A stretch of DNA of 64,000 nt from an uncultured Pseudomonadota bacterium (GTDB taxonomy: Bacteria > Oederibacteriota > Muellerivitia > Muellerivitales > Muellerivitaceae). Location of the stretch: NCBI GenBank assembly GCA_963836235.1, contig CAWIIP010000002.1:576001-640000 (forward strand). The letters are read 5' to 3'. The first letter of the stretch is position 1, and every line of letters starts with the position of its first letter. The translations under genes were made by a program, and so were the position numbers. The notes below the pieces were generated by a model that made no database searches, was not told the origin of the DNA, and saw nothing but the letters and a program-made list of their open reading frames with translations. Positions 58,443 through 64,000 of this stretch are shown here, piece after piece.

Positions 58443-58726
58443 AATTTCGCCTCCTCAACCTGAACACCTTTTTTTAGAATTTTTAGCAATCTCCAATGCT
58501 TGTCGGCACTTATGGGACGGGTTTCAGCCACCAAGACAACGTCTCCCCTTTTCGTTTCATTCTTGGGGTCGTGAATCTTAAATTTGCTACGCTTGCGAAC
58601 TAATTTCTGATACAGAGGATGTTTCACCAGCCGCTCAATGGAAACAATGGCCGTCTTGTCCATTTTGCGACTCAAAACAACCGCTGTTTTCACACGGGCC
58701 TGTGGTCTTTGATTTTCCAACGTCAT
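58439..58726 (-). CDS. rpsQ: 30S ribosomal protein S17
   Basis: KMDKT, HPLY.K, HD, ETRPIS..K.W. Confidence 0.98.
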   Translation of the reverse strand: MTLENQRPQARVKTAVVLSRKMDKTAIVSIERLVKHPLYQKLVRKRSKFKIHDPKNETKRGDVVLVAETRPISADKHWRLLKILKKGVQVEEAKL

Positions 58727-58736
58727 TACTTTCTCC

Positions 58737-58940
58737 TCACGAGGCCTTTGAGCCTTTTTCTTTTTCCCGAAGGATTGTTTTCAAACGAGCCACGTTCCGC
58801 CTGGCTTCCCGAATTTTCATGGGATTTTCCAATTGTTTTGTGGCCAATTGGATCTTCAAATTGAAAAGCTCTTCTTCTTTAGAAATCAATTGCTGTTTAA
58901 GCTGATCAATGCTCATCTCGCGGACTTCTTTCGGCTTCAT
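58737..58940 (-). CDS. rpmC: 50S ribosomal protein L29
   Basis: ELFNL..Q.AT.QL.NP..IR..RR.VAR.KT. Confidence 0.98.
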   Translation of the reverse strand: MKPKEVREMSIDQLKQQLISKEEELFNLKIQLATKQLENPMKIREARRNVARLKTILREKEKGSKAS

Positions 58941-59362
58941 GAAACTCCTCCTACTTGGGCCCGTGAAATATACTTGGTCTTTACGGGAAGCTTATGGGAA
59001 GCCAATTGAAAGGCTTCCTGGGCAACTATTTCCGGGCACCCACTGAGTTCAAACAAAATACGACCAGGCTTTACGACCGCCGCCCAATGATCGGGTGCCC
59101 CTTTACCACCACCCATGCGAACTTCAGCGGGTTTTCTGGTAATGGGCTTATCAGGAAAAATACGGACCCATAATTTCCCAACACGTTTCATATGCCTATT
59201 AATGGCGACACGCGCCGCCTCAATTTGGCGATCCGTAACATATGCGGCATCTAGGGATTTCAAAGCATATTCGCCGAACGCGAAAACAGCACCGTTCTTT
59301 GTTTGGCCTCGCATACGACCCTTCATCGTCTTACGATATTTCACGCGCTTAGGCATTAACAT
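58937..59362 (-). CDS. rplP: 50S ribosomal protein L16
   Basis: [29 protein letters not shown]. Confidence 0.99.
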   Translation of the reverse strand: MLMPKRVKYRKTMKGRMRGQTKNGAVFAFGEYALKSLDAAYVTDRQIEAARVAINRHMKRVGKLWVRIFPDKPITRKPAEVRMGGGKGAPDHWAAVVKPGRILFELSGCPEIVAQEAFQLASHKLPVKTKYISRAQVGGVS

Positions 59363-59376
59363 GACTTGATCCTTGG

Positions 59377-60105
59377 TTAACCTTTAGTTGGGCTAGTTTT
59401 AAATTCATGCTGCTTTTTATCGCGAGGAGCCGATTTTGGCTTTGCCGCAGCTACTTCTTCTTGCTTATCTTTTGCACCGAAAATTTCCCGCTTGAACACC
59501 CAGCTCTTAACTCCAATTTTTCCATACGTTGTGTTGGCTTCCGCAAATCCGAAATCAATGTCCGCCCGCAATGTGTGAAGAGGAACACGCCCCTCACGGT
59601 ACCACTCAGTACGGGCAATCTCCGAACCCGCCAAACGTCCTGAACACATAATCTTTATACCCTTGGCTCCGCCGTCTAACGCACTTTGGATGGCCTTCTT
59701 CATGGCCCTGCGAAAAGCAATTCGCTTTTCCAATTGGCTTGCCACACCTTCAGCGATCAATTGTGCGTTGGTTTCGGGATGTTTTTCTTCGTTGATGTTG
59801 ATTCTGACTTCCTTCTTACTAAAACGTTGAAGTTCTTCTTTTAACTTGTCAACTTCCGAACCCTTTTTGCCAATCACAATTCCGGGCCGGGAGGCGAAAA
59901 TATCGACTTCAACCGTTTCGCCTTTACGCTTGAGAACCACACGAGCAATCCCCGCATGTTTCAAGCGCAACTTCACGAATTTACGGATTTCGATGTCCTC
60001 CAACAATGTCTGGGTATAATTTTTTTGCTTTGCAATAAACCAGAGAGAGTCCCAATCTCGAATGATGCCGACCCTTAAGCCGATCGGATTAATTTTCTGT
60101 CCCAA
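59377..60105 (-). CDS. rpsC: 30S ribosomal protein S3
   Basis: [33 protein letters not shown]; TTG start. Confidence 0.99.
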   Translation of the reverse strand: MGQKINPIGLRVGIIRDWDSLWFIAKQKNYTQTLLEDIEIRKFVKLRLKHAGIARVVLKRKGETVEVDIFASRPGIVIGKKGSEVDKLKEELQRFSKKEVRININEEKHPETNAQLIAEGVASQLEKRIAFRRAMKKAIQSALDGGAKGIKIMCSGRLAGSEIARTEWYREGRVPLHTLRADIDFGFAEANTTYGKIGVKSWVFKREIFGAKDKQEEVAAAKPKSAPRDKKQHEFKTSPTKG

Positions 60106-60128
60106 AAAAGCCTCCCCAAAACCTTGAA

Positions 60129-60479
60129 CTAGTTTTTTGCCTCATCTGAAACAACCACTTTGATATGACTCGTTCGCTTGTGAATCGCGCTGGCACGGCC
60201 CATAGCCCGCGGAATGAACCGGCGGGTGTTGCGCATCATCGGACCACCATCCACTTGAATCGACTTAATCATTAATTTGTCAACATCAACACGGGTACTT
60301 TGTCCGGCATTGGACACAGCCGCTTTAAGTATTTTGGCTAATTCACCGGCGGCCCGCTTTTTAGTAAAAGCCAAGATATTCAAAGCTTCAGCCACGGGTT
60401 TTTTTCGAATCAATTCAACCACTTGCCGAGCCTTTCGCGGGGTCACCCTTGTAAATCGAGAAATAGCTTGTGCTTGCAT
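60129..60479 (-). CDS. rplV: 50S ribosomal protein L22
   Basis: PRKAR.V, PRAMGRA..I.KRTSHI. Confidence 0.99.
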   Translation of the reverse strand: MQAQAISRFTRVTPRKARQVVELIRKKPVAEALNILAFTKKRAAGELAKILKAAVSNAGQSTRVDVDKLMIKSIQVDGGPMMRNTRRFIPRAMGRASAIHKRTSHIKVVVSDEAKN

Positions 60480-60506
60480 ATTAAAAACCTCGTTCCCTGT
60501 CTGGCT

Positions 60507-60794
60507 TTACTTTAGAGCCACTGCTTTTTCAGTTCTTGCCGCCCCATGAGCCTTAAAGGTGCGGGTGGGCGAAAATTCGCCCAACTTGTGCCCAACCATG
60601 TTTTCCGTGATGAAAACCGGAATGAATTTTCTGCCATTATGAACGGCAAAAGTATGTCCTACCATTTCAGGATGAACAGAACACCTACGGACATAAGTCT
60701 TAATAACTTTTTTCTCACCTGTCCGGTTCATCTTTTGAATTAAATTCATTAATTTCTGGTCCACATAGGGACCCTTCTTGACTGATCGACTCAT
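60507..60794 (-). CDS. rpsS: 30S ribosomal protein S19
   Basis: [25 protein letters not shown]. Confidence 0.99.
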   Translation of the reverse strand: MSRSVKKGPYVDQKLMNLIQKMNRTGEKKVIKTYVRRCSVHPEMVGHTFAVHNGRKFIPVFITENMVGHKLGEFSPTRTFKAHGAARTEKAVALK

Positions 60795-60809
60795 TTCTAA
60801 ACCTCTCCC

Positions 60810-61634
60810 TTATTTGCGACGTTTGACGATATATTTATCAGTCAACTTATTTTGACGCGTTTTGTATCCTTTGGTCGGCTTTCCCCAAGGAGTGGTTGGA
60901 TGACGCCCTCCTGAAGTTTTTCCCTCGCCACCACCCATCGGATGACCGTCCCCAGGACGAGTGACAACTCCACGAGACTGAGGACGCTCACCCATCCAGC
61001 GCATACGACCTGCTTTTCCAATACTTACGTTGTTATGATCCAAATTTCCTACCTGTCCGATTGAAGCCATACAGTCAACATGGATCTTTCGCATTTCACC
61101 GGAAGGAAGCTTAAGGGTTGCGTAATCCCCCTCGCGGGCCATCAATTGGGCAACGGCTCCAGCGGAACGAACCAATTGCCCGCCCTTGCCAGGGCGGATC
61201 TCAATATTGTGGATCATCGAACCCATGGGAACATCTTTTAATCTCATGGCATGGCCCGGCTTAACGTCTGCGCCTTGTCCCGCCAAAACTCGGTCTCCAA
61301 CCGATAAACCTTCCGGAGCCAATATGTACTTCTTTTCCCCATCCAAGTACTGCAAAAGAGCTATGCGGGAAGACCTATTAGGATCGTACTCGAGTGAAAC
61401 AACTTTCGCCGACATGCCCACCTTCTCACGGTCAAAATCGATTAAACGGTATTGGCGCTTGTGTCCCGCGCCCCGATGGCGGCTTGTAATGCGGCCATAC
61501 ATATTACGACCGCCGGTGCCTTTCAAAGGCAAAACCAATGATTTCTCAGGGGCTTTTTTTGTTAAATTTTCTCCCACAATAGCCGTCATCGCTCGACGGC
61601 CCGCAGAAGTTGGTTTATACGCTTTAATAGGCAT
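60810..61634 (-). CDS. rplB: 50S ribosomal protein L2
   Basis: GRN..GRIT, EYDPNRS, RSAG, LPSGE, GKAGR.RW, TPWGKP. Confidence 0.99.
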   Translation of the reverse strand: MPIKAYKPTSAGRRAMTAIVGENLTKKAPEKSLVLPLKGTGGRNMYGRITSRHRGAGHKRQYRLIDFDREKVGMSAKVVSLEYDPNRSSRIALLQYLDGEKKYILAPEGLSVGDRVLAGQGADVKPGHAMRLKDVPMGSMIHNIEIRPGKGGQLVRSAGAVAQLMAREGDYATLKLPSGEMRKIHVDCMASIGQVGNLDHNNVSIGKAGRMRWMGERPQSRGVVTRPGDGHPMGGGEGKTSGGRHPTTPWGKPTKGYKTRQNKLTDKYIVKRRK

Positions 61635-61639
61635 AAGCT

Positions 61640-61936
61640 TTAAGCCCCTTCAAAGAATTCGATTTTTTGGCCGGGTTTCAAAGTCACAATCGCTTTTTTC
61701 CAACGATAAGACTTGGAAATGTTCCGACCAAACCTACGAACTTTTGCCGGCACATTCGTAGTATTCACTTTCAAAACTTCAATTTTCTCTTTTTGGAAAA
61801 TGGATTCAACAGCGTGTTTTATTTCTGGTTTCGTGGAATCAGAGTGGACTTCGAAAGAATACTTACCCTTTTCCTTTAATAAAGTGCTTCGTTCGGTAAT
61901 CAGTGGGCGGACAATGACATCATGTAGTTTTTTCAT
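61640..61936 (-). CDS. rplW: 50S ribosomal protein L23
   Basis: [21 protein letters not shown]. Confidence 0.99.
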   Translation of the reverse strand: MKKLHDVIVRPLITERSTLLKEKGKYSFEVHSDSTKPEIKHAVESIFQKEKIEVLKVNTTNVPAKVRRFGRNISKSYRWKKAIVTLKPGQKIEFFEGA

Positions 61937-62589
61937 AACGACTTTTCCTTGTCCGAAGAAACTTTAGATTTAGCATCCATCAATTGTTTCAATGTTCCTT
62001 GAGTCAAAACAACAACATCATGAGTTACCACCTCATAAGTATTCAGATTTCCCTTGGCCAAGACGGTCGTTTTAGGCAAGTTGCGAAAACTCTTGAAAGT
62101 TGCTGAATCAGACTGATCAATTACGATAAGGCACTTTTGGCCATTCACTCCCAAACTCTTCAGTAAAACCACAGCCTGTTTTGTTTTAGGCGTGTTAAAT
62201 TTTAAACTCTCGATGACCATTATTTTGCCTTGTTGAGCCTTATCGGAAAGCGATTCTGCCAATGCTTGCTGACGCATCTTTTTCGGAAGTTCCAATGAGT
62301 AATCACGGGGCTTTGGCCCGTGGGCAATACCACCACCCACAAACTGAACAGCACGAATTGATCCTTGGCGGGCGTTACCCGTTCCTTTCTGCTTAAATGG
62401 CTTTTTACCGCCACCGGAAACTTCTCCCTTGCCTTTGGTTTTGACTGTTCCCAAACGCTGGTTTGACAAGTGTGTCGTCACGCTTCGCCACAAATGATGA
62501 GATCGTGGTTTTAAACCGAATAAATTTTCAGGCAAGTCCATTTGACCCGTGGATTGCCCAGTTAAATTGTACACATTCGCTTTAGGCAT
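61933..62589 (-). CDS. rplD: 50S ribosomal protein L4
   Basis: EVSGGGKKP.KQKGTG.ARQGS.R, GPKPRDY. Confidence 0.99.
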   Translation of the reverse strand: MPKANVYNLTGQSTGQMDLPENLFGLKPRSHHLWRSVTTHLSNQRLGTVKTKGKGEVSGGGKKPFKQKGTGNARQGSIRAVQFVGGGIAHGPKPRDYSLELPKKMRQQALAESLSDKAQQGKIMVIESLKFNTPKTKQAVVLLKSLGVNGQKCLIVIDQSDSATFKSFRNLPKTTVLAKGNLNTYEVVTHDVVVLTQGTLKQLMDAKSKVSSDKEKSL

Positions 62590-62601
62590 CGAATTTCACC
62601 T

Positions 62602-63240
62602 TTACTTTTTTACGCTCGGGCGAACGGTTACGATGCCGCCATCAGCACCCGGAACCGCTCCCCTTACAAATAACAAATTGTTATCAGCGTCAATTTTTAC
62701 AACCTTTAAGTTTAAAACTGTATTTTGATCGGTTCCCATATGACCCGGCATACGGGTTCCCGGAAAAACACGTGATGGATCCGATGACGCTCCGATACCT
62801 CCAGGAGCTCGATGAAACATGCTTCCGTGAGAATTACGGCCCCCCCTAAATCCATGGCGACGCACCACACCTTGAAAACCTTTGCCTTTTGTAACCCCGG
62901 TGACATCAACCCAACTAACGTCTTTCATGTTTTCAACGGTCAAAGTTTGCCCCACCTGATATAGGCCGGAATCTTCAACACAAAATTCTTTTAATACTTG
63001 TTTTGGTGTTGCACCAGATTTCTTAAAGTGGCCTTGTAAGGCTTTGGTGGTGTGTTTTTCTTTTTTTTCTACGAAACCCAACTGCAAAGCATTGTAACCT
63101 TCTTTTTCTTGGGTCTTTTTTTGAATAACCACGCAAGGACCAATCTCCAGAACCGTAACATGGGTGGCTTTCCCACTTTCCTCAAAAAGAGTGGTTTGGC
63201 CGACCTTTTTTCCAATTAGGGTTTTCACACTCTCGCTCAT
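62602..63240 (-). CDS. rplC: 50S ribosomal protein L3
   Basis: GY.ALQLG, KGKGFQG, HGS..HR.PG, MPGHMG. Confidence 0.99.
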   Translation of the reverse strand: MSESVKTLIGKKVGQTTLFEESGKATHVTVLEIGPCVVIQKKTQEKEGYNALQLGFVEKKEKHTTKALQGHFKKSGATPKQVLKEFCVEDSGLYQVGQTLTVENMKDVSWVDVTGVTKGKGFQGVVRRHGFRGGRNSHGSMFHRAPGGIGASSDPSRVFPGTRMPGHMGTDQNTVLNLKVVKIDADNNLLFVRGAVPGADGGIVTVRPSVKK

Positions 63241-63250
63241 TTCCTTACCC

Positions 63251-63568
63251 TTACAATTTGATTTCGACATCCACGCCAGCGGGGAGATCGAGTTTCATCA
63301 ATGCGTCAATAGTTCTTTGATTGGGATTAACAATATCCACCAACCGCTTATGGGTACGGATTTCAAACTGTTCCCTTGATTTTTTGTCCACGTGCGGACT
63401 TCTCAACACCGTGTAACGGTTGATTTCTGTTGGAAGAGGAACAGGCCCCAATACAATCGCACCCGTTCTACGAACAGTTTCAATAATCTCCACTGTCGAA
63501 CGATCAAGCAATCGATGATCGTAGGCTTTTAATTTAATTCGGATTTTTTGACTTGTGGCCGTGGCCAT
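63251..63568 (-). CDS. rpsJ: 30S ribosomal protein S10
   Basis: [36 protein letters not shown]. Confidence 0.99.
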   Translation of the reverse strand: MATATSQKIRIKLKAYDHRLLDRSTVEIIETVRRTGAIVLGPVPLPTEINRYTVLRSPHVDKKSREQFEIRTHKRLVDIVNPNQRTIDALMKLDLPAGVDVEIKL

Positions 63569-63586
63569 TATTTCCTCGCCTTTTCT

Positions 63587-64000
63587 TTATTCAACGATCT
63601 GGGTTACGACACCAGCGCCTACCGTGTGGCCGCCTTCTCGGATCGCGAACCTCAGCTCTTTTTCCATCGCCACCGGCACGATCAACTCGATGTCCATCGT
63701 GATATTGTCCCCCGGCATGCACATCTCCACCCCTTGCGGCAGTTGCACCGATCCCGTCACGTCCGTCGTACGGAAGAAGAATTGCGGCTTGTACCCGTTG
63801 AAAAACGGCGTATGCCTCCCGCCTTCCTCTTTCGTCAACACGTAAACCTCTCCCTTGAACTTCGCGTGCGGCAGGATGCTCTTGGGCTTGGCCAAAACCT
63901 GTCCCCGCTCAATATCCTTCTTCTCCACACCTCTTAAGAGTACGCCGATGTTGTCTCCCGCTTGGGCTTCATCCAGCAATTTGCGGAACATTTCAACACC
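63587..64000 (-). CDS. tuf: Elongation factor Tu (5' part outside the window)
   Basis: [41 protein letters not shown]. Confidence 0.99.
   Translation of the reverse strand, partial: GVEMFRKLLDEAQAGDNIGVLLRGVEKKDIERGQVLAKPKSILPHAKFKGEVYVLTKEEGGRHTPFFNGYKPQFFFRTTDVTGSVQLPQGVEMCMPGDNITMDIELIVPVAMEKELRFAIREGGHTVGAGVVTQIVE

Noticed and set aside
1-64000. CRISPR arrays, tRNA/rRNA genes, transposases, integrases, reverse transcriptases
   Set aside because: No repeat-spacer periodicity, cloverleaf or rRNA signature, or matching protein motif was seen by eye

Overview
Bacterial chromosomal segment with almost all genes on the minus strand. From left to right: a partial cupin gene, an alpha/beta hydrolase, gatCAB (GatB has an AT-rich ~100-aa C-terminal extension), a frameshifted pcrA, PilZ, a secreted glycoside-hydrolase-like gene, LOG, NUDIX, rplM-rpsI, GT9, speE, queF, a futalosine-pathway menaquinone cluster, truA, a DUF2723/TMEM260-like glycosyltransferase, tpx, asd, a Thr/Pro-rich FlgD-Ig surface protein, and an ilvBNC-psd-pssA-leuA-leuB operon preceded by an unannotated Leu/Val leader-peptide attenuator. 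An AT-rich block of membrane proteins follows, including two paralogous GT-C/TPR proteins, and then the S10-spc-alpha ribosomal superoperon and the 3' part of tuf. The best candidate for something undescribed is at 46.3-47.6 kb: a + strand gene for a small two-repeat putative nucleic-acid-binding protein, followed by a ~450-nt non-coding region. By hand, that region folds into a closed, nested multi-stem structure whose G-U pairs work only on the + strand and which matches no RNA family I can recognise. Other notable points are an altered near-universal motif in ribosomal protein L2, an insertion in the L22 hairpin, a candidate protein O-glycosylation gene set, and several single-base indels at 7-12 kb that are probably assembly errors. 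No CRISPR array, tRNA, rRNA or transposase was seen. All family assignments come from motif recognition, not database searches.
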